The notes under the pieces are model-generated. The model saw only the letters and a list, made by a program, of their open reading frames with translations. It was not told the origin of the DNA and searched no databases. DNA of 63,462 bases, the filler included, from Anaerolineae bacterium (lineage in GTDB: Bacteria; Chloroflexota; Anaerolineae; Epilineales; Epilineaceae), in NCBI GenBank assembly GCA_029262755.1. It is 6 parts of 6 records of this genome, joined end to end, with 100 filler letters (N's around TTAATTAATTAA, not from the genome) between each part and the next. Parts side by side here need not be neighbours in the genome. Positions count along the whole stretch, not along the records: positions 7,755 to 20,554 come from JAJCYU010000106.1; positions 20,655 to 31,658 come from JAJCYU010000109.1; 4 more parts are not named here. One strand, 5' to 3'. The translations under genes were made by a program, and so were the position numbers. Below are positions 12,357 to 22,914 of this stretch, piece after piece; within the stretch, counting starts at the first letter, position 1, and each line of letters opens with the position of its first letter.

Positions 12357-13979
12357 CTAGCGCAGGTTCTTCATCAGCCAGCCGAACACGATCTGGTGCG
12401 CGATCATGCCCTCTCGCTCATCCGATGCGCCTGCCAGGTCCAGGCGAAGCACGAAGGTCTCGCCCGGCGACGCGCTACCGTCGGTGCGCAGCACCATCGA
12501 AAAACTGCCTTCGCCGTTGCGCGAGAACACGTTTGACGCGAAGGTCTGCTCGCCGTTGGCGAACGTCGCCGGGCCGGTCAGGGTGCCGCTGAGCACGCCC
12601 GATGCCGGCATGTTGCCGAAGACCGCCTCGACCAGGCGCTCGCCCTTTGCGCCGACGTAGATCGGGGCCACGCCGCCGCTCCACTCCGCGGCGACCCACG
12701 GACCGGCCGGTGTGCGGGTCGGGACGACCGTCGGGGTGGCCGTGGGGCGGGGCGTATTCGTCGGCAAGGGTGTGCTCGTGGGCGGGGGCGGCATCGTCGG
12801 TGCCGGCCGTTCGGTGGGAGCCACGGGAGGTAGCGTCGGTGCAGGACCGCCGTCGCCGTTGCGCTTCAGGATCCGGCCGCCGGTGCCTACAGCCCACACG
12901 GTTCCGTCGGAGAGTGCGACGATGTCGCGCATGCCGCGCTCCGTCAGGCCGACGGCCCGGCGGTCCCAGCTTGCGCCGTTGTTGGTCGAGCGCAGGATCA
13001 AGCCTTCGTCCCCGACGGCCCACACGATGCCGGGCGACTGCACGTCCAGGGCCTCGATCGTCTTGTCCGCATTGTGAACGCGGCGCCAGCTGCCGCCGAT
13101 GTTGTCGCTGAAGCGGATGTCGTTGCCCGCGATCCAACCGTTCTTGGGGTCGCTGAACACGACGTCGTGGAAGCGGCGGTCGGTGCCGCTGTCGACCTTG
13201 TTCCAGGTGGCGCCGCGGTCCGTGGAGCGCATGACCAGGCCTTCGCTGCCCACCACGAAGCCGGTGTTTCGGTCGACGAAGTGGATGCCGAGCACGCCGG
13301 CCTCGCTGACCTTGGTCGACTGGTCCCAGCTGCCGCCGCCGTTGACGGTGCGCTGGATCCGGCTGTTGCGCGTGGCCGTCCACCCGTTGGACTCGTCGAC
13401 GAAGTGCATCGCGGTGATCGTCGAACCCGTGCCGCTGTCGATGCGCGACCAATCGTCGCCGCCGTTGGTCGACTTGAACATCGTGCCGTCGCGGCCGGCC
13501 GCCCAACCCACGTTGCGGTCGTGGAAGTGCACGACGGTCATCTGCTTGTTGCGGGGGCAGCCTTCGCGCACCCAATGCTCGCCGCCGTCCGTCGTGCGCA
13601 GGATCACGCAGTCCTCGTCGAGCTCGCCGCCGACGATCCACGCGTGGTTGGCGTCGACCGCGGTCACGCCGCGTAGCGTGTGGTCCGCGTACACGGAGCT
13701 GTTGCGGCTCTGGTCGGTCCAGCCCGCGAGCGTCGCGTCGATTTCCTCTTGCGTCAGCGTCTCTTCGCCGCTGGGGAGCGCATCGAGCGTGGCACCGAGC
13801 GCCGCACCGAGCGCCGCATCGTCGACGATGTCGTCGAGCGTGATCGCTGCCGGCGCGCCCGCGCCTAGTTGGGCATGCGCAGGCACGGTGGGCGTGCCGG
13901 CGAGCAATGCGATCCCGGTCATGGGGATCAGCAAGGCGCCGAATCGGCGCAGGATGGTCCTTCTGGTCGTCCGCAGCAT
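12357..13979 (-). CDS. Exported YCF48-like/BNR beta-propeller protein with twin-arginine-type signal
   Basis: Start re-called at ATG 13979 (GGAGG RBS). TRRTILRR...AHA signal; repeats LRTTDGGEHW, KSTNGGDDW, RTVNGGGSW, RSTDRGATW; P/T linker. Confidence 0.85.
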   Translation of the reverse strand: MLRTTRRTILRRFGALLIPMTGIALLAGTPTVPAHAQLGAGAPAAITLDDIVDDAALGAALGATLDALPSGEETLTQEEIDATLAGWTDQSRNSSVYADHTLRGVTAVDANHAWIVGGELDEDCVILRTTDGGEHWVREGCPRNKQMTVVHFHDRNVGWAAGRDGTMFKSTNGGDDWSRIDSGTGSTITAMHFVDESNGWTATRNSRIQRTVNGGGSWDQSTKVSEAGVLGIHFVDRNTGFVVGSEGLVMRSTDRGATWNKVDSGTDRRFHDVVFSDPKNGWIAGNDIRFSDNIGGSWRRVHNADKTIEALDVQSPGIVWAVGDEGLILRSTNNGASWDRRAVGLTERGMRDIVALSDGTVWAVGTGGRILKRNGDGGPAPTLPPVAPTERPAPTMPPPPTSTPLPTNTPRPTATPTVVPTRTPAGPWVAAEWSGGVAPIYVGAKGERLVEAVFGNMPASGVLSGTLTGPATFANGEQTFASNVFSRNGEGSFSMVLRTDGSASPGETFVLRLDLAGASDEREGMIAHQIVFGWLMKNLR

Positions 13980-14223
13980 GGTGTGGCCTCCTCGGGCGCC
14001 GCGCGCGGCCGCATATGGCCGTCGCGTCATCTCGCCCGTCTAGTGCGATGTCTTGACGTCACGAAGCGCACGGGTGCGCCCGATCTTGGGGCGACACGCC
14101 GTCGATGCGCGTGACGGCGGCCCGGCGGGGGGCGCCGGACCGTGCGGAATTGTCGGTGGCCGAAGGGCCGCGGTCAAACGGGAGCGACCCGGTGGGCAAG
14201 GGCGACGTGATCACGGCGTGTCA

Positions 14224-16026
14224 TCACGGCGTGTCGGTTGCGGCTCCCGTCAACCCGAGGCGGTAGATCCGAATCAGGGGCCCGGGTCGCTCCAAGGACC
14301 ACAGGTCGGTCGCGGGACCGTAGACCTGCGCGTACACGAAGGGCGGGCGCCCACCGCCCGGGCCGGGAGCGAAGGTGGCCAAGACGGGCAGCGTGGATTC
14401 CAGCTCGCCGTAGTAGCGCTGGTACGCCGCATCCGTCTCGGCATCCAGCAACCGTCGATCCGTCGCGTGCGACTGCGTGATGAGCACGTCCCACCCCTGC
14501 GCGTGCCATGCTTCGAGCGGCGTTTCGGGCAGATCGAGCGTCCCGATGCGTTCCACGACGAAGGCGCCGTCCTCGTCCAGCTCCGGTCCGCCCGATTGCA
14601 ACAGGATCCGCGTGCCCGGCGCGAGCTCGGCCTCCACCCAGGCACGGGCGAGGTCGCGTGTATCGGGCCGTCCAAGCAGCACGTTCGCGCGAACTGCCGA
14701 GACGAACGAGGGCGCGAGCACGACGGCCGCCAGCCACGCCGCCAGGACGCCCGCGCTCGGCGTGCGCGCGCTGCGGCGGCCGAGCCATGGCCGCATCCGC
14801 TCCGCAGCCTTCACGACGGCCATCGCGGCCAGGATCATCAGCGGCGGCAAAGCGGGGATCATGAAGCGGGCGAACATCAGCAGCTGCGAGCCCATCCACA
14901 ACCAGAGCACGATCGGCAGCGCCGCGAGCACCCAGCCGGCCCTGCGACGGGAGCGCACCGCGAGCACGAGGCCGGCGATCGACGCGCCGAGCAGCGGTGC
15001 GCCCAGCCCCCAACGAAGCGACTTCAGATAGAAGATCCAGCCGGGCGAAGGGTCGATCGCCAGGCCCTTGAAGCCCTCCTGCCCACGGCGGGCGAGGGTT
15101 GCGATATCGTCCCAGAACGCGGGCCGATCAAGGACCGCGAACGGCACGGCGGACAGGAACGCCACGGCCATGAGGATCGCGGCGCCGAAGACCGCGGGGT
15201 GCACGAGCCGGCGCGCCATTGCGGCCACCGTCCGCCTGTCCCTCCGTGCGCGTGTAGTGCGCGCGACCGATTCGTCGCCGATGTCGTCGCCGATGTCGTC
15301 GTCGATGTAGCTGCGACCGTCGCCGTCGCCGTCGCCGTCACCGTCGCCACTCGCACCCACGCCCACGCCCGCACCCGGGCGCAGCAGCCACGCGAGCCCG
15401 ATCGGCAGAAGCACGATGGCCGCGCTGTACTTCGTGGCGATCGCCCAGCCCGTGAGCGCGCCGCCGAGTAGGAGGAACCGGGCAGCGCTGCGATCATCGT
15501 GCTCATCGAGCAGGACCACGGCCAGCCAGACCGCCAGTGCCACCCAGAGCGCGGCCGGTACGTCGCTCACCGCGTAGTGGCTGTCGCGGACGTGCAGGAA
15601 GGCGCCCGCCAGGAGCGCGGCGGCGATCAGACCCGTGCGCATGCCGTAGATGCGCCGGGCCGCGTGGCCCGTAACCGCGACCGTCACCACGCCCATGCCG
15701 GCGAACGCGGTGCGCGCCAGCCGGTATAGCCACGTCGGGTCGGCCGCGAAATTGGCCTGGAAGCCGGCGACGTCCGGCCAAGAGCCCATGATCCTTCCGG
15801 CGCCGTAGACCAGCCATAGCCAGGCCAGGTTCATGTACTTAAGCAGCGAAGGGTTGTTGAACCGGCCGGGGTTGAGGTCGCCGCCCAGCATGGCCACGGC
15901 ACTGTCGATGTACTGGTGCTCGTCGGGGTGATAGGTGAACGGCAGGCCCCAGCCGTTGCCCCACACACGTAGGATCGTCGCGACGCCGAGGATCGCGATG
16001 AGAACCCGCGCATCGCGCTGCCTCAC
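14224..16026 (-). CDS. GT-C glycosyltransferase (ArnT/PMT, GT39-like)
   Basis: HPDE motif after TM1, FNNPSL, SHYAVSDVP, ATKY; many TM segments. Confidence 0.85.
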   Translation of the reverse strand: MRQRDARVLIAILGVATILRVWGNGWGLPFTYHPDEHQYIDSAVAMLGGDLNPGRFNNPSLLKYMNLAWLWLVYGAGRIMGSWPDVAGFQANFAADPTWLYRLARTAFAGMGVVTVAVTGHAARRIYGMRTGLIAAALLAGAFLHVRDSHYAVSDVPAALWVALAVWLAVVLLDEHDDRSAARFLLLGGALTGWAIATKYSAAIVLLPIGLAWLLRPGAGVGVGASGDGDGDGDGDGRSYIDDDIGDDIGDESVARTTRARRDRRTVAAMARRLVHPAVFGAAILMAVAFLSAVPFAVLDRPAFWDDIATLARRGQEGFKGLAIDPSPGWIFYLKSLRWGLGAPLLGASIAGLVLAVRSRRRAGWVLAALPIVLWLWMGSQLLMFARFMIPALPPLMILAAMAVVKAAERMRPWLGRRSARTPSAGVLAAWLAAVVLAPSFVSAVRANVLLGRPDTRDLARAWVEAELAPGTRILLQSGGPELDEDGAFVVERIGTLDLPETPLEAWHAQGWDVLITQSHATDRRLLDAETDAAYQRYYGELESTLPVLATFAPGPGGGRPPFVYAQVYGPATDLWSLERPGPLIRIYRLGLTGAATDTP

Positions 16027-17045
16027 CGTGGGGCGCCGCCCTCGTCACTTCCGGCGGCCTCGCCGCGGGCAGCGACCGTCTCTTCATCCACACGCACGTC
16101 GCCGCGTACCAGGTACAGCAGACCCCCGACAAGGGCCATCAGCAGGTTGAGCGACTGGAACAGCAGCGACACCGCCGTGGCCGCATCGGCCGTCACCGGC
16201 GGGCTCAGGCTGCCGAGCAGGGCGACATAACTCACCTCGCGCACCCCCCAGCCCCCGATCGAGGGCAGCAGGATCGAAAGCGCGACAAGCGGGACGACGA
16301 TCAGCCAGTCGAGCCAGCCGGCCTGCGTGATTCCCACGGCCCGACCGAGCAATCCGTTCGAGGCGACCAACAGCGCGGTGAAGACGAGACCCCACCCGGC
16401 CGAAGCCCACAACGGGCCGCCGCCATAGGCTCCGAAGGAGGCCACGAACTTCGCGACGGGCGGTCGGCGCAGCACCCAGCCGACCAGCGGGAGCCGTTCC
16501 AGCTTGGGTAGCCACCAGCCGACCCGTACCAGAAACGCGAGCCCCAGTACGCCGGCCACACCGGCGCCTACCAGCAGCAACGCCACCGCCGGCGTGGCGC
16601 GGTCGCGCGCCGCCGCGAGGGCGAGAAGGCCGACCGCGAGCAGCGGCAGCAGGCCCATCGCGCGGTCGACGAGCACGCTGCTGGCCGCGCGCGCCCTGCC
16701 GATGCCCAACTCGCCGCCGTCGCGTGCCACGAGCAGCGCCTTGGGCACGTCGCCACCCATGCCGGTGGGCAGGATCTGGTTGTAGAAGGTGCCGACCAGG
16801 AACAATTCGGTCGAACGGGCGAGGGAAATCGGGTAGCCGAGCGGGCGCACCAAGGCTTGCCAGCGCTTGCCGCGGGCCAACGAGCCGAGCACACCGTAGA
16901 GCAGCAGCGCTCCAAGCAAAGGCGCGGGCCGCTCGCGCAGCGCGTCGCCGATCAGGCCCCCGACGGCACTGAGATCGACATCACCCTGCCACAGCAGGAG
17001 CGCCAACAGGCCGACGCTGACCGACACGCGCAGCACGGTGCGCAT
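16023..17045 (-). CDS. Lysylphosphatidylglycerol-synthase-TM / flippase-like membrane protein
   Basis: RWQAL, FYNQILPTGMGGDV, SVLVDR, PSIGGWGVRE motifs. Start re-called at ATG 17045. Confidence 0.85.
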   Translation of the reverse strand: MRTVLRVSVSVGLLALLLWQGDVDLSAVGGLIGDALRERPAPLLGALLLYGVLGSLARGKRWQALVRPLGYPISLARSTELFLVGTFYNQILPTGMGGDVPKALLVARDGGELGIGRARAASSVLVDRAMGLLPLLAVGLLALAAARDRATPAVALLLVGAGVAGVLGLAFLVRVGWWLPKLERLPLVGWVLRRPPVAKFVASFGAYGGGPLWASAGWGLVFTALLVASNGLLGRAVGITQAGWLDWLIVVPLVALSILLPSIGGWGVREVSYVALLGSLSPPVTADAATAVSLLFQSLNLLMALVGGLLYLVRGDVRVDEETVAARGEAAGSDEGGAPR

Positions 17046-17154
17046 GTGTCGGCGCTTTTCTTGGGGCTTCGCGGGCTCGATCACGCCGGGGATTGTACGG
17101 GGCCGGTGGCCACGCGGGAATTCCCGTGCGACCTGCGACGCGGCCAGCCACCGG

Positions 17155-19605
17155 TCACCGCGCTCCGCCCGGGCCGCGCGCCGGCGCGACGACCTGCACA
17201 TCGCCCAGGACCAACGGCCCGTCCGCCGGCCACACGGCGTCCCGCGCCGACTCGTCGCGCACCCGAAGCGCGAGCCGATACCGGCCGGGCGGCAGCTCGG
17301 GCGGCAGGCGCAGCTCGTGCGGCGCCACGGTGATCTCCTTCACGGGCCAGGTCGAACTCGGGCGTCGCCCGCCGAAAGGCGCCGCCGACGCGCTGGGTCG
17401 TCCCCGATCTCGGTCGCGCGGGTCGAGTAGCGCCACCGAGAAGCTGAGATCCGGTGCCGCCTCCGATTGATTGACGATCCAGGCCACGCTCAGCCGCGCG
17501 CTGCCTCCCGCCTGCAGCGGATCGGGCGCAATCGACCAGCCCAGCAACTCGAGCGGCCCCAGCTCCACCGGTGCGACGGTCGGCGGAAATTCATCGTCCT
17601 CGAACACCGGCGGCCGCTGCCAGGCCATGAGCCGGACGGCGCTCGCTCCACGACCAAACTGCTCGTCCACGACGCGCACCGCGCGCGCGTCGAGCCAATC
17701 CGCGATGACACGGTCATCCGCGCGCGCCGCATGCCACAGCCAATGGGGCGGCCGCTGCGCCTCCAGCCACGCCGGCAAACGCGCATCGACGCCCGCCTCG
17801 CGTGGCCGCAGCACATGCCGCCGCTCCACGGTAGCACGGACGGTATGGGCCGGTATGACGGCCGACAGCTCCTCCGGCAACACGAGGACGTCCTCGCCCA
17901 AGGCACGCCGGATCAAGTGGTCGCGCGCGCCGGGTCCGCCGTCCCCCGGTCCGGTCGGTGTCGGCGTGCCTTGATCCGCGCAGCCGACGAGCCCAAGCGC
18001 CGCGGCGAACGCGACGCCAAGCACGCGTTGAACGTGCCCTGGAGCGAGCGCGGTGGGCGTGCTGCGGGGCGAGGCTACAGGCGCGGGCGAGCGTGCGGGC
18101 GCGGGCGAGCGTTCGGGCGACCGTGCGGGCAAGCGGTCGCTGTCTCGATCGGGGACAGAATGGTGTGCCTTGTTTATGCGGTGGGAGCGCACCGGCGCTC
18201 CGGAACGCAAGGACGTTCCAGAGCGCAAGGATGTGTTGGGACCGTCGGAACGAGCGGGACCGGTGGCGGTCTCGATGCGCTCCGAACGATCGTCGCGCTC
18301 GTCGTGAGCGGCGGGTTCGTCGGTAGCGGCGCGTTCGTCGGGAGCCGCGTGGTCGACAGCGGAGCCGCCCTCTTTCGCAACGCTTGGGGCCCCCATCCCT
18401 CCCTGCCCGGCCGCAGCGCGATCGTTCTCGTCACCGAAGCGATCGCCGTCGCTCCCTCGCAGAAGCAACCACGCGAGCGCCGGAACTCCGTACAAGGCAG
18501 AGATCCCTACCGTCAGCGCGCTCACGGCGAGGCCGACCGCGACGGCGTCCGCCACCGCCCAGCCGAGCACGGCCGTGAAGCCGAGCGTCCAGCCGACCTC
18601 CGCCAGACCGTGCCCGCCCACCGTGGGCAGCGGCAATGCCTTGGCGATCGTGCCGAAGGTGGCGCCGACCACGAAGGGCGCGAAGCCCACCGCGCGCCCA
18701 ACCGCACCCACGAGCATCCATAGCCAGACATAGGTCAGCCCCCACGCCAGCCCGGTCGCCGCGATCGCCCGCGGCATCACGCCATCCGCACGCAACGCGA
18801 CGAGCGCATCGACGCCCGACCGGGCCAACGTAGCAAAGCGACGACGCGCGCCGCCCGAAGCGAGGTGCCGCGAAGCGTCCGCGCCGGGGTCGCGTGTTGC
18901 GTCGCTCGCGCGGAGTGTGACCGGCCCGCCGCTCGCACCGAGCGGCCGGTCCCCTGCGGTCCCGTCGCTCGCACCGACCGGCCGGCGGTCTTCGTTCTCC
19001 GCCGGCTCGTCGCCCAGCCAGGCCCGCAGCCTCTGTGCTAGTGGACCCAACGCGAACAATGCGCCGCCCGCCAACAGCGCGAGCGCCGCCGCGGCGAGGA
19101 TGGCGTCTCTCCGCCCGGGTAGCGTGCCGATCGACCATGCGGTGGCCGCCAGGAACCAAAGTGCAACGGCGAGCAGGTCCAGCACGCGCGCCACGGCGAT
19201 CGCCGCCAGGCCGTCGGCGGCGCGCAGCGGACGATTGCGCGCCGCCAGCCCGACGAAGGCCGCGTCGCCCGCACGCGCGATCAGCACGTGGTTGAGCAGG
19301 CTTACCGCTGCGCTGAGCGGCAGTAGCGCCGCGACGCTCGGTGCCCGTGGTCCGAGCAGAAGCCGAAATCGGAGCGCACGCGCGACGTGGACGAGCGCGT
19401 ACAGGGCCGTCGCCGCCGCCAACGTAGCGGGGCGCACATCGCGCACCATGCTGCGCAGCGCCTCCGCCGGCAGCGCACGCACGAGCAGGGTTAGCAACGC
19501 CGCCGTAAGGACTACACCGGCCAACCGCAGCGCGCGTCGAGCCCCTACGTCGCCGCGCGCCTGGGGACGCGACGGCGCGCGACGCTCGACGGAATCCACG
19601 CTCAT
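17155..19605 (-). CDS. Flippase-like TM domain fused to a low-complexity linker and an extracytoplasmic domain
   Basis: RALRF, LNHVLIARAGD, RVLD, LPTVGGHGLAE; C-terminal PSSTW...LPPELPPGRYRL beta-sandwich-type module. Confidence 0.7.
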   Translation of the reverse strand: MSVDSVERRAPSRPQARGDVGARRALRLAGVVLTAALLTLLVRALPAEALRSMVRDVRPATLAAATALYALVHVARALRFRLLLGPRAPSVAALLPLSAAVSLLNHVLIARAGDAAFVGLAARNRPLRAADGLAAIAVARVLDLLAVALWFLAATAWSIGTLPGRRDAILAAAALALLAGGALFALGPLAQRLRAWLGDEPAENEDRRPVGASDGTAGDRPLGASGGPVTLRASDATRDPGADASRHLASGGARRRFATLARSGVDALVALRADGVMPRAIAATGLAWGLTYVWLWMLVGAVGRAVGFAPFVVGATFGTIAKALPLPTVGGHGLAEVGWTLGFTAVLGWAVADAVAVGLAVSALTVGISALYGVPALAWLLLRGSDGDRFGDENDRAAAGQGGMGAPSVAKEGGSAVDHAAPDERAATDEPAAHDERDDRSERIETATGPARSDGPNTSLRSGTSLRSGAPVRSHRINKAHHSVPDRDSDRLPARSPERSPAPARSPAPVASPRSTPTALAPGHVQRVLGVAFAAALGLVGCADQGTPTPTGPGDGGPGARDHLIRRALGEDVLVLPEELSAVIPAHTVRATVERRHVLRPREAGVDARLPAWLEAQRPPHWLWHAARADDRVIADWLDARAVRVVDEQFGRGASAVRLMAWQRPPVFEDDEFPPTVAPVELGPLELLGWSIAPDPLQAGGSARLSVAWIVNQSEAAPDLSFSVALLDPRDRDRGRPSASAAPFGGRRPSSTWPVKEITVAPHELRLPPELPPGRYRLALRVRDESARDAVWPADGPLVLGDVQVVAPARGPGGAR

Positions 19606-20554
19606 GGCGCCCCCCCACCGCCGGCAACGCGTGCCTGCGCGTACAGCGCCAGGTGGCGGCGTGCGATCGCGGGCCAGCCGAAGGCCGTCGCGATCTCGCG
19701 TGCGCCGTGGGCGAGCCGTGCGGACGTCGTGGGATCGTCGAGTACCGATGCGATGGCGCGGGCGAGCGCCGCGCCGTCCTCCGGCGGGGCGAGCCGCGCG
19801 GACTCGCCGTCCACGAGCGTGGGCAGGCCGCCGCCGCCGCCGACGGAACGTGCAGGGCCGCCGGGTGCGTGGGTGGTCACGGTCGGGCGGCCGTGCTCCA
19901 ACGCGGCGAGCAGGCTGCCGCGCCGATACGAGCCTCCGTCAGCGTAGGGCAGCACGACGGCGTCGGCGGCATGGAGCCAGGCCGAGACCATCGGCCGGGG
20001 CACGTGTCCCGTCCACGTGATCGCCTCGGCGACGCCCGCGGCCGCTGCCGCGGCTTCGAAGCGCGCGAGATAGGCGGCGTTCGTGGGGTCGCTCGCGCCG
20101 ACCTTTCCGCCGATCATTACCAGACGGACGTCGCGTTCGTTGGCGGCCTCGCCGCCCGAACCGTCGGCCCGGAGCGCAGCCAGAGCGGCGAGCAAATCCA
20201 TGCCGCCCTTGCTGGCGTTGAGGAAGCCGAAGTAGGCCAGGAGCCGGGTAGACGGCGTAATGCCGTGTTCGGCACGAAAGGCATCGCGCTCGTAGTCGGG
20301 CGGCGGTGCGTCCGGGACGTTGCTGCCGATCGGAATGAGCGCCAGCCGCGTCGCCTTGCCCCACGCGGCGAGCGCGGTGTGGTCGTCGGCGTTCGTCGTG
20401 ATCGCGAGGTCCGCCGTTCGCGCCGGCAAGTGCGTCACGACCTCACGCAGCCGTCCGGCCTTGGGGAAGAGGTAGGGCACGCGCAGATCGTGGTACGTCA
20501 CGGCTGTCGTGGCCCCCGTCACCCGCCCCGCCCACCAAGGCGCGAGGTTGGCTG
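19602..20554 (-). CDS. GT4 family glycosyltransferase, 5' truncated
   Basis: TYHD, YFGFLNASKG, ADAVVLPY...SLLAALEHGRPTV, FGWPAIA. Confidence 0.9.
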
Positions 20555-20654
20555 NNNNNNNNNNNNNNNNNNNNNNNNNNNNNNNNNNNNNNNNNNNNTT
20601 AATTAATTAANNNNNNNNNNNNNNNNNNNNNNNNNNNNNNNNNNNNNNNNNNNN
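20555..20654. other. Artificial contig linker
   Basis: N-run with TTAATTAATTAA. Confidence 0.99.
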
Positions 20655-22835
20655 CTCGTCGAGGGCGGACCGCGCGGCCGCCGCGTCATCCCGGGCCCGA
20701 TCCAGCTCTGCGCGGCGCGTCGCCAGCGTGCCCGCGGTGCTCTCGAAGCCTCGGCGTTCCTCGCCGATCCGCTCGACTTCGGCGCGGGCGCTCTCTCGCG
20801 CGCCGGCCGCGGCCTCGATCGAGGCTGGAAGGTCACGTCGTTCGCGAGCGATGCCGAGCACGTTGTGGCTGATCGATGCCAAGGTCAACATGCCGCCGCG
20901 CGTGATGCGATCACCGTTGGCCGTGACCGCAACGCGGGGGCCATCGTTTCGCCGCACCGCGGCGCGGGCGGCATCGCGATCGGCGACGAAGGCCACATCC
21001 GCCAAGAGCAGGCGCGCAAGACCGGGCGCGTCTGCGTCTCCGACCAAGGTGGCCGCGGCGTTTTCGCCCTCTACCGGCGACCACGGGGCGTCGGCACGAT
21101 TGTCCAGCGGGACCAAGGTCAGCCCAGCCGCTTGCGCCGGGTCGATCAACGTCAGCGCCTGCTCAACGGATGCGTCGTCGCGCACGACAATGCCGCGGGC
21201 CGTGCCGCCCAGCGCCGCCGCCGCGGCCTGTTCCCACGCGGGCGGGATCTGCAGCAGCTCTGCGACCGCACCCACAAGCCGCAAATCGCCGGATGCGCGC
21301 AGCGGTTCGAGGACCTCCTCGCCCGCGCCGAGCTCGGTAAACAAGGCGTCCAACGCGTTCGCGCGCGCGCGCAAGCTCTCGAGGCTCGCACCGGCTTGCG
21401 CCGCGGCCTCTTGCGCTGCGGCCAGCTGCTCGGTCGCGGCGCGCAATCCCTGCTCCGCCGCTGCGCTCTCCGCGGCGATCGAGCGAACCGCTTCATCGGC
21501 AGCACGCCATGCGTTCTCCGCAGCCTGAAACTCGGCCTCCCGGGACGCCAGGGCCTTCTCAAGCCCCGCGCGTCGCTCCTCGGCGGCTTTCCATTCCGCT
21601 CGTCGCGCCGCGATCTCGACGTCGAGCGCCTCTATGCGAGCACGTCGACCAGCCTGGATGCCCTGCATCGCCAGGTGCTCCGCCCTCGCCGCTTCGCGCG
21701 CGGCGGACGCCTCCTCCTCTTTGCGCGATTCGGTTTCGAGGAGCAACCGGGCTTCCGCCAAAGCCTTCGTTTGCTCTGCGTGTTCCGCATCCAGCGCGCC
21801 TACTTCGTGCTCCAAGGCCGCGCGGCGCTCTTCCAGCACGTTGTGTTCACGTTCGTGGCGCTCCACACCGGTGGCCAACTCCTCCACCCGAACGCTGAGC
21901 GCCTCGAGCCGCGTGCGGGCAATGGCGGCCGCCTCGCGTCGCGCGGCGATCTCGCCCGCGGTGCGGTCGCGTTCGGCGCGCACGGCCGCCGACGACGACT
22001 CTGCCGCTTGCGCCGCGAGTTCCGCCTCTTGGCGGGCGGCTTCCGCGGCGGTCACGGCAAGCCCGAGCTTCGAACGCTCGTCCAGCAAGTCCGCGGCGCG
22101 CGCGCGGGCGTCGGTCAAGGTCTCCCGTGCCCTGTGGATCTGGAAGCCGTACCACGATTCCAAGCTGGCGCGCAGCTCGTCGTTTACCTCGCGATGTCGA
22201 GCGGCGCGACCGGAGAGACGCTCCATGCGGCGTAGTCGAGGGCCGATCTCGCTCAAGATGTCCTGCACGCGCGTCAGATTGTCGCGTGTGTCGTCCAGCT
22301 TGCGAACGGAGCGATCCCGCCTGCGTTGAATGGGCGTGATCCCGGCGGCCTCGTCGATCAACGTCCGCCGTTGATCCGGGCGCATCGTCAGGAACTGGTC
22401 GACGAGACCCTGGCCGATCACCGTGTAGCTGCTGTGCCCGAGACGACCACCCAAGAGGTCGAGCACGTCGCGCAGACGGACCCGTGAACCGTTGATTTGA
22501 TAGTGCGGTTGCCCGTCTCGCTCGGCGCGCCGCGTGATCACCACCTCGGGAAAATCGAGGTCGAGCCAGCCGTCGGCGTTGTCGATGGTCAGGCTGACCT
22601 CGGCCAGGCCGCCACGCGCACGTTTCTCGGAGCCGGCGAAGATCATCTCGTCCGCGCTACGGGCACGCAACGCGCTCGACCGGCCTTCGCCAAGCACCCA
22701 CCGCACGGCGTCGGATACGTTCGACTTGCCGCTGCCATTGGGGCCGACGATGGCGGTCAGCCCGGGCGGGAAGACCAGACGCGTCCGTGTCGCGAAGCTC
22801 TTGTAACCGAGCAGCGACACCTCCTTGATGCGCAT
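20655..22835 (-). CDS. smc: Chromosome segregation protein SMC, N-terminal head, coiled coil and hinge (3' truncated)
   Basis: GYKSFA, IVGPNGSGKSNVSDAVRWVLGE, IGQG, DEAAGI, long coiled coil and hinge. Start re-called at ATG 22835. Confidence 0.95.
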
Positions 22836-22843
22836 GGCCGGCG

Positions 22844-22886
22844 AGTATAGCACACCCAAAAGACCGCCACTCCGCTATGCTATACT
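22844..22886. promoter_or_regulatory. Back-to-back extended -10 promoters (TGCTATACT on each strand) for smc and the GT2 operon
   Basis: AGTATAGCA at 22844-22852 and TGCTATACT at 22878-22886. Confidence 0.65.
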
Positions 22887-22914
22887 CCCGCGGACCACCC
22901 CCCTGGAGGGCCCC

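Noticed and set aside
12357..13979. Photosystem II assembly factor as evidence of phototrophy
   Set aside because: YCF48-like BNR propellers are widespread in non-phototrophs, and there are no photosynthesis genes here.
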